Positions 50,515-63,246 are shown, numbered from the stretch's first letter. The stretch is 64,000 nt of DNA from Eledone cirrhosa (GCA_964016885.1 OZ024741.1:202182001-202246000); one strand, 5' to 3'. Program-made: numbers and translations. Notes: generated from the sequence alone by a model not told the origin.

Positions 50515-53165
50515 ATGTTCCAGGTTCCAATTGTCAAGGTTTGCTCCCTTCCAAACTCTCTTTGGTGTCTCAGGATATGCAATCTTTGTGCATCCATCCC
50601 ACGCCTCCCAGGACAGGTCGCAGCCCCATCACCAGTTTTTGAGGCATGAAATGGAGACTGCAATATATTTTTTTGTACCAGCCCCTCTACTTAAGGCCTA
50701 AACGCGTCCCTTGTTAACCCACGTGAGGACAATGTGGTATGGTTCTTTTTTGTACCTCTCACCATATTGCAGTTTTGGTGGTCTTATTTGTACCAGTCAC
50801 CAACCTGGTACTTTCTCAAACCCGCGAAGACTAGGCGCCTTTTTTAGAGGCAGCTTTTACTCACCTCATCATAGTTACATTCATTGGGTCGTGAGTTTTG
50901 TTGGGAGCTAAAGGTGTTATCCATTGCCCCATCTTCCCTAGTAGTTTACCGCTGTTGGTCCGGGGTTGCTTATTCATCCAGCAGCTGCTTGCTTATATCA
51001 CAACTAACCATCATGTCGCTATCTGCCACCTGCAACCCATTCTCTAGCAGAACAGCTCTACATAGTATAAAGGAAATCAGGGACGGAGATCAATAATTGA
51101 GTTTGTTGTTGTCTCTGATCTCTCCGATTCTGTGATGTTTGTGTTGAGAGAGGGGCTGAGCTCTCAACTGATCACCATCAAGTTATCTGAAACTTGACAC
51201 TACCTAAAGCCAAAGAAGTCCACAAAACTGGCTGGTTCAGGGTGACCTACCAGATAATGTGGGAAGTGTTGGTGGATAAAGAAGTCAGGACCAGGTATAT
51301 AGATACTATTGCATCCAAATTCAGAGAACTCCCGGAGCAAACTGAGGATGTTGAAATGGAATGGAGATTTTTTTCTGCTCAGCAGTTTCTGCTTTAGCTG
51401 TAAATGCTGCAGGCAAAAAAGGCTTGGTGTGGCACCAGATGGCAGGAGGACCCCTTGGTTCAATCAAGAGGCCAAAGATGCCATCTGAGCAAAGAAAGAG
51501 GCCTACAAAGTATTCTGGCAGACCATCCACCAACTTCATAATAAAAAGTACTCTTCCACACCTGCTATAAGGAATGTGTATGGAGTTCTCATCAGAGAGG
51601 TGCATCCTTGCAAGATAGAGAGAATAGTTTGCAACTTGACCACAACAGCACCTTCTGATGTACATGAGGTGCATCTAGGAGCGGTGACAAATCTCTCAGA
51701 GGTTGAGGTCACAAGAGCAGTTAAAGAGCTCAAATGTGGCAAGGCCGCTGAAGAAGATGAAACCTGACCCAAGATGTTAAAAGCCTTAAATAGAGAAGAT
51801 ATTCTCTAGCTGACTCGTGTGTGCTGAGTGGGCTGGATCTCTGGAAAGGCACCTAAGCATAGGCAATCAGGAGTGATAATCCCAATTTTCAAAAAGGGAG
51901 ACAAGAGAGATTGTTCCAATTACAGAGGGATCTCCTTGTTAACCCTCCCTGGTAAAGTCTATGCTAAGTGTCAGGCAAAGGGATGTAGGGAGATTGTTGG
52001 GTCTAAGCTAACTGATGATCTGTGCAGTTTTCAACCCGGACGCGGCACAGCTGGCCAAATATTCATACTGCGGCAGGTCTTTGAGAAATTGTGGGAGTAT
52101 TGCCAAGAAGTATATTTTTGTTTTGTTTTGTAGACCTGAAAATGGCATGTAACTGCGTTTCTTGGGACCTTCTGTGGAAGGTTCTGTAAGAGTATGGGAT
52201 CACTCGTCAGCTTCTTGTTGCCCTGACATCTCTATATGAATGCCCGAGTATTTCTGTTTGGATAAATGGTGCTAAATTGAAACCATTCAATGTGGGAGTC
52301 AAACTCCTCAAAGGGTGCATAGTGTCACCTCTCCCATTAAGTATTTATATGAAGATTGACATCGATAGCTGGGTTGGAAGTCATATCACAACTGGCAGGT
52401 GTAAAATCAGTTGGCTGGAATTTGCAAACGCACTTGTTGCAGAGTACAGCATGTCTGGAACAAAATTCAATGTTGCAAAACTGGGACACTCTTCCTCTCA
52501 AAGAAGCCTGCACAGTGCACTCTACATGTGAAAGGATTTCCACTGAAGCAGGTAGAGAAGTTCAAGTATCTCAGGGCCGTGTTCACAAGTGATGGAAGGT
52601 ATGATGCTGAACTAAGTGCAAGAATTGCAGGAGCCGGTGCAGTAATGCACCAACTTTAGTATTCGGTAATCAGAAGAAGGGAGGTAGGCGCAAAAGACAA
52701 ACTCACCATCTTCAATTCAGTATTGATGCCAACCCTTACCTATGGTCATGACTCTTGGGTAATAACCGAAAGAATACAATCACGAATACGAACGACCGAA
52801 ATGGGGTACATCCGAAGGGTCTTTGGAGTAACATTACTCGATAAAGTGTGTAGCTCAGAGATCAGAGAGTCACTCTAGATAGAGCTGCTATTTCTCCGAA
52901 TTGAGAGATCGTAGCTGTGATACGATGGGCATGTGTTTAGAATGTCTCTGGAAAGAATAACTGAACAGACTTTGTGGGCAAAACCAGCCAGCAGTAGACC
53001 CCGAGCAAGATGGTTGGATAACATCCATGAGCTTGGCTGGTTATGCTTGGGGATCCTGCCGGATCAGTTGGAGACGGTTGCTTCTGACAGGACCCGCTCG
53101 TAGGAGTGTTTGAGGATTCTGCCCCCACGACCCACTCAGAAATAAGTGGGAGGAGGATGAGGAGG
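50515..53165. mobile_element. Second-family RTE with inverted 5' part (50515-51055 -, 51060-53165 +), degenerate
   Basis: Minus LTIGTWNI + 5' UTR; plus STDHH, NYRGISLL, KFKYL and 3' end. Confidence 0.8.
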
Positions 53166-53877
53166 AAATCTATGGATTCAATAAGAGGTAGATATCATCG
53201 GAATTTATCCTGTTATGTACAAATATTGATTTATCACATTAAAAAGTCTGTAAGTTTATAGTTTGATTCGATATCAAATACATTCCTGAAGGGTTCTTTT
53301 GTTTTAAAGTATACAACAATCGCCGTACTTGATAAAATGAATGCTTCTTAACTGAGCTGTATATGTAGATTCCGAATAATTTATCAGTAAAAAAAAAAAA
53401 AAAAGGAAATAACGTAACATGAAAAGGAAACATGGAAAGATGCATGGACATCACTTTATTTTCCACGTATCTGCAGCAATGTTCTAGTTGTACATTCAGA
53501 ATTATTTATTAGTAAAAGAAAATGCTTAAAATTAAATTATCTTTTATAATGATTAAAGGCAAAAAGAAAGAAAATTAATGTAGTTGATTTAAATGAATAA
53601 TTTATTTAAATGAATGCAAAATGAAATTATTGATCGGTGATTGCCGTCTACTTAAAACGAAAGAACGCCCGTTCCTGATACTCATCTATTGATATCAGAC
53701 GGACAAAAGGCAGATTCGGTACAGACGACATTACAATTTAGAACATAAAGAGACGAAAGTAAATACCACAAGAGATTTTGCCGGCGCTCTACAGTTTCTG
53801 CATGCGCAGCCTTAAAAAAAATACGCTGCTTATAAAGATTGTGTTAAATGCTATACGAAATAAATATTCAAGGATAC

Positions 53878-54007
53878 AAATAGCAATATGTTTTTCTTCA
53901 TTATTCTTGATATCATCTGAGGAAGATACTGAATCTTTACTCTGTCCAAGTAGGATAATGTTTAATAAAAGATACACGTTCCAAAGCATCCAGTTGTGTA
54001 TACCCAT
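53878..54007 (-). CDS. CCDC134: CCDC134 orthologue, coding exon 1 (signal peptide; MGIHNWMLWNVYLLLNIILLGQSKDSV...EEKHIAI)
   Basis: Hydrophobic N-terminus; phase-1 donor GTATCC splices in frame to 49155. Start codon uncertain, with in-frame ATGs also at 54040 and downstream. Confidence 0.8.
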
Positions 54008-54125
54008 AGTGGCTGTTATCACCGGAAGTGGCATGTACATTTCCTATGAACACGTGCTTGTTTATGAACTAGCTTCATATCTTCCATCAGTATGGAAGTT
54101 CTTTTTTTTTTTCTGACGTCATTAA
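54008..54125 (-). promoter_or_regulatory. Putative CCDC134 proximal promoter/5' region
   Basis: ETS-type ACCGGAAGTG 54021-54030, E-box CACGTG 54051-54056 and CRE TGACGTCA 54114-54121 cluster just upstream of the ATG. Confidence 0.4.
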
Positions 54126-56199
54126 TAGATATACAGATAGTTACGAGAATTCGTCTGCTGCATTATCAAATTATCAATTAATGTGTACGGTGTTTTTTAG
54201 TAGTTTTTTTTTTCTTAATAATTACGAGAATTCGTCTGCTACATTATCAATTTAAGTGCATGGAATTTTTTTTTTTTTTTTTTTGACAGATCAGCTCCTC
54301 TTTTAACACGAACATCCAGCAGAAAATCAAAGAGATCAGAGACAATAACAAAATCAATTAATGATCTCTGTCTTTGATTCCCCTTATACCATGTATATTT
54401 ATGGATGTCTCTGTGCTAGAAGGTTTTCATTATAGAGATTCCATTGCTAGAACAGAAGTTTAATAAGGCCTCTCCATTCGTATGTTGATCGGGGTCGCTA
54501 TTCCTGCCAATCACTCCTTTCCATCTTAGGTGGTCAGTGCCAACATGCATTAAAGTTTCTTATCAGTATATATGATTCAGTATTTACATCTAACGCTGCA
54601 GTGACTTCATCAAGGAAGGACCTGTATTCGGACTCCTTGTTTTGTGCATAAACTAGCACCACCCACAGAGACCTATCTTTCAACCTTAGCTTCAAGAGGC
54701 AAATCTTCCCTCATAATGGGATCCAGTTCATAAGACATTCTGACAGTTGAGGGCTTGTGAGTATCTCCACTCCCACCTGTGCAGTCATTTCTGGTACCAC
54801 GCCTGAATAGTGGAGTTTCTATTCTCCATCAAAATCTACAGTATTAGAGTCACGGAACTTTGTTGAGAAAACCCTGACTATATCTAGCCGGTAGCATCTA
54901 CCCACCTCCACTAGTTCTTGCTCCTTACATGTAAGGGTTGTGATGTTCCTGGTTCCAATTGTCAAAGTTTGCTCCTGTAGCGACGTGGTTAGTCAGTCTA
55001 GTCACTACTTCTGATCAGATCCGGGAATAGCCCTTAGAAGGACTGATCAGATCTGAAGATAGCCCTTAAAAGGACTGTTGTTGCATATAGCCCTTAAAAG
55101 AACTGTTGAGGATGGACAGACGAAAGCACAAGTTGAAAGGACGAAGCAAGGCGAGATGTAAATTCGATCAGCTATTTATTTTCACATGAAGCGACGATAC
55201 GAGGTACAAGGCGTGTGTGAGTGACGAAGCGTGGCAGAGGCGAGGAACAACGATACGCGAGTTGACTCTGCCAAATGTCGACTGCTGAAGTGTTTGGAAC
55301 CACTCTATTTATACAGAAATAATCGTTTGATGTTTAGCCGGTGTGTAGGCGTTTATTCTGGTAGCTTTTAAGGATTCTTTTGTTTCACGTTGAGGTAGCT
55401 AGCTAACAGGTAGATGGCGCTGTATATTTCACAGATGTTATTTTCGGTGGCTGTACAAGAGTCCCCTGCCAGATCTTTTGTACAACAAAAGAGCGAATTA
55501 TCGTATAGTAATGGGCCAGTGGTGCATTTGTCATGACAATAGCCCCAGGAGTGTCCAGCACGTTGTGAAATTTTGCGATCATCGAGTACAGGACAGAGTC
55601 GATGTAGAGATGATATGGCAAGATGTGTGTGTCAGGAAGAGAAAAAAGAAATAAACTATAAAATGATGAATGAGCCTGTTGCAATTTAGGTTGAGCTGCC
55701 TGTGAATTGCGTGACAAAAAGTCTAACTGGGCAGTGAAGATAACCGTAATGTGTGAACTGAATGGCCGTAAGCATGCTGCCTAAAAGTAACAGTTTGCTC
55801 CACAGCATATGACTTGAGCGAATGCATGTGGTAAAAAAAATAGAGTGAATGTGTACGTGAAAAAAGAAGGCCAGTGTTTTGAGGCTGCAATTTGTGAAAT
55901 GCGTGATCAAAGAGAAAACATTTTGTAGTGTAAGAGTTAGAGGGACACAAATATCTATTGCTCAGTGTATGAACTAAAGGGTGAAACAAACGTGGTTTTG
56001 TAGTGTGCATGAAAAACAGGATATGTACACGCCTTGTATGTATATAAAAATTATGGCAATTACACAATCAATGTTACAGAACAAGAAAAATATAATTTTT
56101 TGCAAAACAAGAGAGTGAAGAAAAAAAAATGTTATACTCAATGATATACACAATGTTTGTTCTTAAATAGAGTTTGTAATAAATAATGTTCATTATAAA

Positions 56200-56387
56200 T
56201 AATTGTTTCTACTTTAGGCACAAGGCCAGCAATTACCCAGTGCATTACTGGTACTTTATTTTATCGACCCCGTAAGGATGAAAGGCAAAGTCATCTTCGG
56301 CGGGATTTGAACTCAGGTCGTAAAGGGACGTAACTATGCTGGAAAACATGGCGTCCGACCCTCTACTGATACTGCCAATCCACCGCC
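56200..56387 (-). mobile_element. SINE S1 nested in the Gypsy 3' untranslated region
   Basis: Flanked by duplicated TAAATAATGTTCATTATAAA (about 56180 and 56403). Confidence 0.85.
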
Positions 56388-56747
56388 CTCATATGGCAAT
56401 TATAAATAATGTTCATTATAAAAAATGTTCTTCGTGACATGAGCACATGGTCACTAAAAATTGCAATTATTCAAGCAGAAAGTTCATTGTATTTGAAACT
56501 GGAAATAGTAAACACAAGAAAAATGGAAATGTTTTGCACGAAGACTGATTACGAAACTCACTTGAGGTTAACGGTAATTCACATATTGTGCCAACTTTGC
56601 GGGCCAATGGACGCGTCGTCCGCTTCTCGTGACTGGAGATGAAACAGGTGGCTCGCTGGGACAGCAATCTGTTGGAGTTTCTGGTGTAGAGACTGTAACA
56701 GTATCCATGATGGCTTTTTTTATCTGTCCACGCTGACAGAATTCTGT

Positions 56748-59720
56748 TTACCATCTAGATCGAGAATAAAATATTTCGGATATTTTTTTTAGAACACGAT
56801 AAGGGCCAGAATATGGAGGTCGAAGATGAGCTGAGATGGTGTCGTTTCGAACGAAAACGTGTGTCCAATCTTTAATGTCTGAAGGTACGTGTGTGGCCGT
56901 GTTCTGTTGACGGATGCTTGCAGGAGCAAGGTGAGACACATATTGTCGAAGACGGTGTACGTATGATCCTGGGTCTGGAACATCCTGAGGAGAGATGGGA
57001 GCAACCATCTGACCAGGTAGAACCAGGGTGGTGCCGTACACTAATTCTGCAGGTGTGTGTCCGAATTCCTCCTTAACGGTGGATCGAATGCCCAGAAGGA
57101 TGAGTGATAGGTATTCAAACCAGTGTGTCTTGTCTGGATATGCTTTTATTGCAGCTTTCAATTGGCGATGGAATCTTTCCACGAGACCATTAGCTTGCGG
57201 GTGATAAGCTGTCGTGCGGATGTGTTTACATCCTAACAAGCGAGTCAGTTCCCTGAAGAGGTGGGAGTCAAATTGGCGTTCTCTTTCCGTTGTTATCTTC
57301 GCTGGGGCGCCATAACGTGATACCCAGTGTAAAATCAAAGTTTTAGCGACTGTTTCCGCTGAGGTATCATTTATGGGAAAAGCCTCAGTCCAACGAGAAA
57401 ATCGATCTATGCAGGTGAGCAAGTGTGTGTAGTTCTGTGATGGTGGTAGCGGTCCGACGATGTCGATATGCACATGATGAAAACGTGCATCAGGTTGCGC
57501 GAATGTGCCGAGTGGAGTTTTGATGTGTCTGTGGACTTTGGCTTTCTGGCAGGCAATGCAGCTCCTGGACCAGTCGCGCACGTCCTTGTTAATGTTAGTC
57601 CACACAAAACGAGCAGAGATGAGTTTCTGTGTAGTCCGGATTCCCGAGTGAGACAAGCAGTGTAAAGCAGAAAAAACTTGTCGACGATGCATCTGTGGTA
57701 TGTACGGTCGTTCATGACCGGTAGAAAGGTCGCACCAAATTTGTCCCGGGGAAGAAGGAATGGGAACTTGCTGAAACTTGAGGGATGGCGAATCTCGGAG
57801 CTTGATAAACTCTTCGTCAGTCTCTTGGTCAGCTGCGATCTGTTGAAGGTCGATGCCTGAATGCACATGTATTGCGTTCAGCTGGATTCGGGACAGGGCG
57901 TCAGCTGCTACGTTGTCTGATCCTTTGATATGCCGAATATCAGTTGAATATTGGGAGACAAAATCCAGGTGTCGGAGTTCTCTCGGTGAATGTCGATCAG
58001 GTTTGGTACAGAACGCATAAACTAGTGGTTTATGGTCCGTGTAGATCACGAAATCTGATCCTTCGAGCATGTGCCGAAAATGCTTAACCGAAAGATAGGT
58101 TGCCAAAAGTTCGCGGCCAAAGGTACCGTATTTCGTTTCTGCCGGTTGCAACCGCTTAGAAAAGAAGGATAAGGGTTGCCACACGCCATCGACATGTTGT
58201 TGTAGAACGCCTCCAACCCCCGTGTCTGATGCGTCAACTAGCAGCGAAAGAGGAGCGCCAGACCTGGGGAAAACGAGCATGGAAGCGTTTGCCAACATTT
58301 CCTTCAGGCGGTTAAAAGATGTTAATTCTTCCGCGTTTAGAGTGATCTCTTTGCGAGTCCGGTTACGAAGAAGGTCCGTGAGGAGTCTGGCTGCGTCGGA
58401 ACAATGAGGGATGAACCGCCTATAAAAATTCACCAGACAGAGGAATTCACGCAGTTTCCGAAGTGATGTTGGTGCGGGAAAACTGCGGATAGCTTCTACT
58501 TTCTCGGGAAGTGAACGAATGCCGTCTTTATCGATGATGTGTCCGAGAAAGGACAGTGAAGGGACGCCGAGAAGGCACTTGCTGGGGTTGATGATGATAC
58601 CGTACTCAGCCAAACGTTAGAAAAGGAGATCTAAGTGCTTCTCGTGTTCATGCTCGGAAGTACTTGCTACCAGCACGTCGTCAATATACGCGTATACGAA
58701 GGGTAGATCGCGTAACACGGTGTCAATAAACCGCGGAAAAGTTTGTGCAGCGTTGCGCAGACCGTACGGCATTCGCAGGAATTCGAATTAAACCGAACGG
58801 TGTTGTGATTGCGGTCTTCGGAATGTCTGCAGGCTCCATAGGTATCTGGTTATATGCACGCACCAAATCTACCTTGGAAAAGATGCGTGCGCCTTGCAGA
58901 GAGGCAGAAAAATCGTGCAGGTGAGGTACAGGGTAATTATCGGGCACTGTAGAATTGTTAAGTGCACGATAATCCCCACATGGTCGCCAATCATTCTCGG
59001 TTTTTTTTTTGGAACAAGGTGTAGGGGTGCAGACCAGTTGCTGGAGGAAGGGCGAATGATTCCGAGGTCCAGCATGTGTTGGAACTCCTGCTTGGCGATT
59101 CTCAATCGATCTGGAGGCAGTCTCCTTGGTCGGACAGCTGTGGGTGGTCTCTTTGTCTCGATGTGGTGCGTGACACTATGCTTAATAGGACCATCCTTAA
59201 ATACCGGGCGAGTGATGTCTGGGTATTTCTGGAGAATGCCGTTGTACCACGAAGGCTCTGACTGGCAAATTACAGGGCCCACTGTGGATTGCGTGGTAAA
59301 TGTACCTCTCACAGTGAGGTTTGTGGTGGTGTCAATAAGCCTCCGGTTCTTCATATCCACCAGAAGGTTGAAGTGGTGGAGAAAATCGGCTCCTAGGATC
59401 GGGGTCGGCAGGTCTGCCACGACAAACACCCATTGAAAACGCCGCCTCAGGCCTAAATTGAGGGTCAGAGACTTCTCCCCGAAAGTCGGAATTGACGATT
59501 GGTTCACTGCCTGCAGAAAGGACGGGGTTGGGTGTCTTTTACCCGAGATTAGTGAAACAGGAATAACACTAACCTGGGCTCCTGTATGCACGAGGTAACG
59601 GATGCCTGTCGCCTGGTCGTTAATAAAAAATAGACGACTTTTCTTTTCAGTACCAGGGGTGAACGTCGTCGCTAGGCCCTGGTCTGCCCGTTTCCCTGGG
59701 TGGTATTCTGGAAAGAGCAC
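56748..59720 (-). pseudogene. pol: Gypsy pol (PR-RT-RH-IN) with frameshifts and a stop
   Basis: LVHTGA (catalytic D replaced by H), YIDD near 58680, DAS, TDH, HHCC, NGLVER, GPY; broken between about 58610 and 59010. Confidence 0.9.
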
Positions 59721-60541
59721 GGGGCCCTACACTTAGATGCCCGAACGCCGAATTCTTCGTGATACCAGCAGAGGTTGCCAGACACACGATTTTGACTGGG
59801 ACTTCTCGATCTTTGACGGTGAAAGGGTCTGGACCGACTGTTGCTGCGCCGCCGGTGTGTTTGCAAGGTCAGGCTTTCTAATTGGTTTGAGATGGCTTTG
59901 ATTTGACCAGCCTGTTCTCTGATCATAGCCCGCAGCTCTGAAATCTCGGAGGTAGAGTCCGAGGACGCTACGAAAGGGTTCGTCCGACGATCTACCTGTG
60001 CTACTGAGGCAAAAGGGTTTGATACCTCAGCGATCTTATCTGCGACACTCGCCAGTTCCTCTGGGGTTGCTGACTCGTTAGTCGACGCCAGAATGCCCTG
60101 CATCGATAAGGGCAAGCGCTGTATAAACAACCGTTTCAGCAGATCTTCTGAAAGCGGCTGGTCCTCCATCGGCTGTCTCATCTTTCGTAATAGTTGGGAC
60201 GGTTTTCTGTCCCCCAATTCTTCTGCAGACACGAGTTGGTTCAGTCGTCTCTGCTGTGACGCGGTCGTCCGCTTGACCAATTCCTTGCGGAATGATTCAT
60301 ATGACACCGTGCCCGGCGGTGCCATGACGAGGTCCCTCACCTCAGCCAAGACTTCTGGCGGGACAGACCCAATGATGTAGGTGAGCTTTGCGGAATCGCT
60401 CTTAATTCTGTTCGCGGTGAATTGCGCTTCTATGTGAGCGAACCACAGAGTCGGGTCGTTGGACCAAAATACGGGGACTTTCAATGTTAACGCCGCTTGT
60501 GAGGTTGGTATCTCGGCCTCTGTCGTTTGTGACATGTCCAT
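59672..60541 (-). CDS. gag: Gypsy Gag with CHCC motif
   Basis: PVFWSNDPTLWFAHIEAQF; LGDRKPSQLL; CWYH-x9-C-x3-C. Confidence 0.9.
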   Translation of the reverse strand: MDMSQTTEAEIPTSQAALTLKVPVFWSNDPTLWFAHIEAQFTANRIKSDSAKLTYIIGSVPPEVLAEVRDLVMAPPGTVSYESFRKELVKRTTASQQRRLNQLVSAEELGDRKPSQLLRKMRQPMEDQPLSEDLLKRLFIQRLPLSMQGILASTNESATPEELASVADKIAEVSNPFASVAQVDRRTNPFVASSDSTSEISELRAMIREQAGQIKAISNQLESLTLQTHRRRSNSRSRPFHRQRSRSPSQNRVSGNLCWYHEEFGVRASKCRAPCSFQNTTQGNGQTRA

Positions 60542-62331
60542 GTTGATATTTTCTTAGGTGCTGTCTGGTTGCGCGTTCGACTCACGTTCGGGTCACCAAT
60601 TGTAGCAACGTGGTTAGTCAGTCTAGTCACTACTGCTGATCAGATCCGAGAATAGCCCTTAGAAGGACTGTTATCGCATACGGTCTGATCAGATCTGAAG
60701 ATAGCCCTTAAAAGGACTGTTGTCGCATATAGCCCTTAAAAGAACTGTTGAGGATGGACAGACGAAAGCACAAGTTGAAAGGACGAAGCAAGGCGAGATG
60801 TAAATTCGATCAGCTATTTATTTTCACATGAAGCGACGATACGAGGTACAAGGCGTGTGTGAGTGACAAAGCGTGGCAGAGGCGAGGAACAACGATACGC
60901 GAGTTGACTCTGCCAAATGTCGACTGCTGAAGTGTTTGGGACCACTCTATTTATACAGAAATAATCGTTTGATGTTTAGCCGGTGTGTAGGCGTTTATTC
61001 TGGTAGCTTTTAAGGTTTTTTTTTGTTTCACGTTGAGGTAGATAGCTAACGGGTAGATGGCGCTGTATATTTCACAGATGTTATTTCCGGTGGCTGTACA
61101 CTCCCTTCTCCTCTTTGTGGTCTCGAGATACACAAACTTTGAGCGTCCATCTCACACCTTCTAGGACAGGTCACAGGCACATCGCCAGTTTTGGCGGCAT
61201 AAAATGGAGACTACAATATATTTTTAAAACAGGCCCTTCTCTCTAAGGCCTGAACTCGTCCCTTGTCATCCCGCACGAAGGACGATGCGTTATGATGCTC
61301 ATTTGTTCCCCTCACCATATTTCAGTTGCTGTTTCGGTGGTCTTATTCTCGCTAGTCACCAATCTGGTACTTTGTCGATCCCGTGAATACTGGAATTTTT
61401 TAGAGGCTGCCTTTACATGCCTCGTCATACTTACTTTAATTGGGTCGTGAGAGTTTTCTTGGGAGTTACAGGTGTTATTCATTGCTCCATCTCCCCTAGT
61501 AGTTTACCGCCGTTGGTCCGGGGCTGCTTATTAGTCTGACAGGTGCCTGCTTATATCGCAACTAACCATCATATCTGGTGGCCGTGTCGCTATTTACCAC
61601 CTGCTACCCGTTCTCTAGTAAAACATACACCGAGTGTCGCATGGCTGGAATGAAAATCAGTGGTTCGAAAACTGAGACGGTCGTCTTCTCAAGGAAGCCT
61701 GTGCAGTGCACCCTACTTTGTAAATGGAGTTCCACTGAAACAGTTAGAGAAGTTCAAGTATCTCGAGGGCCGTATTCACGAGTGATGGAAGGTAGGAGGC
61801 TGAATTAAGTGCTAAAATTGCAGGAGCTGGTGCAGTAATGCTTCAGCATTCAGTAATCAGAAGAAGAAGGGAGATAGGCATGAAGCCAAACTCGCTATCT
61901 TCAATTCGGTATTCGTGCCAACCCTTACCTATGGTCATGAATCTTGGGTAATGACCGAAAGAATACAATCGCGAATACAAGCAGCCGAAATGGGGTTCCA
62001 CCGAAGGGTCTTTAGAGTATTATTAGTGCGTATAGAGTGCGTAGCTCGGAAATCAGAGAGCCACATCAGATAGAGCCGTTACTTCTCCGAATTGATGGTT
62101 AACAATTCCGATATTACGGACATGTGGTTAGAATGTCTCGAGAATGAATTGCTGGACAGATTTTACGGGCAAAACCAACTGGCAGGAGACCCAGGCGTAG
62201 ACCCGGAGCAAGATGGTTTGATGATATCCATGAGCTTGGCTGGTCTCGCTTGCAGATCAGTTGGGGACGGTTGTTTGTGACAGGACTCGCTGGAAGGAGT
62301 TTTTGAGGACTCTGCCCCCACTACCCTCTCA

Positions 62332-62416
62332 AGAAGAAGAAGAAGGAGAAGAAGAAGAAGAAGAAGAAGAAGAAGAAGAAGAAGAAGAAGAAGAAGAAGA
62401 AGAAGAAGAAGAAGGA
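62332..62416. repeat. (GAA)n microsatellite; others at 11205-11280, 18938-19005, and (TA)n at 33698, 47279, 63249, 63519-63620
   Basis: Direct reading. Confidence 0.95.
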
Positions 62417-63127
62417 GGGTTTTTTTTTTCTTTTTAAACTGGGCGTCACTCTAATCGAGAAGATCTATAATAAACGGAACCCCAGCTGAGACTGTATTGT
62501 CTTCTTTAGGGATATGTAGGACTACATTTTCTACACTGTAGTTTCTTTATTTGACGGAATTTTGCTGATAAACAAGAAAGATTCAATTAATTTATATATA
62601 TACGAACCTTCACAATTTCTACTACATCTAGTATTTCTAAAACATCTATTAACAGTACATTACAGATTGTTCACAGTTCTTTCAGAAGGAAAATATCAAC
62701 ACATATAATAAATACAATCAGCCGCACCTCCCACCTTATGCGTCAGTCTTCTGGCTTATGTTAAAACATAATCTGCCACTAAAAAGACTATGCTTTGTAT
62801 ATCATACACAGATATGAGAAGAGTAGCTTCGATTGCAATTAATAGATGTTGTTAATTGCTGGTTACTGAGTGAGAAATTAATTGCGAACAAAGTAAGACT
62901 TAAGAGAAGAAATGTTCACAGTAAAATTTAAGAATATCCATATTTCTGTGTTTTTAATTTTCAATTACATTATATTTTTAATTATTTATAGCCACATAAT
63001 TCTAAGCCAACGAAAAGTCGTTTAGAGTTATCTTACTTGAAAACATATGACATTAACATACATGATTCAATCGTCGAAATGATATTTAGTAATTCACATC
63101 ATTGTATGTATGTATATAACACACTTC

Positions 63128-63162
63128 TCACCTGAAGAAGGGCTTATGCCCGAAACGTCGTC
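63128..63162 (+). ncRNA. Minimal hammerhead in a solo Penelope-type pLTR (about 63118-63248)
   Basis: CUGAAGA-AGGGCUUAUGCCC-GAAA-CGUC/GU; stem I reduced to 2 bp. Confidence 0.65.
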
Positions 63163-63246
63163 CCCCACCTACCCCCACTCTCCTGAGCGTGAATTTAATA
63201 AACATTTATTGTACTGCCTCTCTGTTCTGTCCCTGTTCAATTTTTC

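Larger units (their letters stand above)
54976..61100 (-). mobile_element. Complete Gypsy LTR retrotransposon, CsRn1/Kabuki-like, defective pol
   Basis: LTRs 54976-55457 and 60601-61100 (TG..CA), 4-bp TSD CTCC, tRNA-Trp PBS, purine-rich tract at 55458-55470. Confidence 0.95.
54300..62335. mobile_element. Second-family RTE with inverted 5' part (54300-54975 and 61101-61620 -, 61625-62335 +), split by the Gypsy
   Basis: APE region on minus; 5' UTR homologous to 50550-51050; RT 3' end on plus with (GAA)n tail. Confidence 0.78.

Noticed and set aside
61245-61300. HDV-like ribozyme in the second RTE family 5' UTR
   Set aside because: An L3-like TCCTC motif is present in the homologous copy near 50720, but the nested double pseudoknot could not be built by eye.
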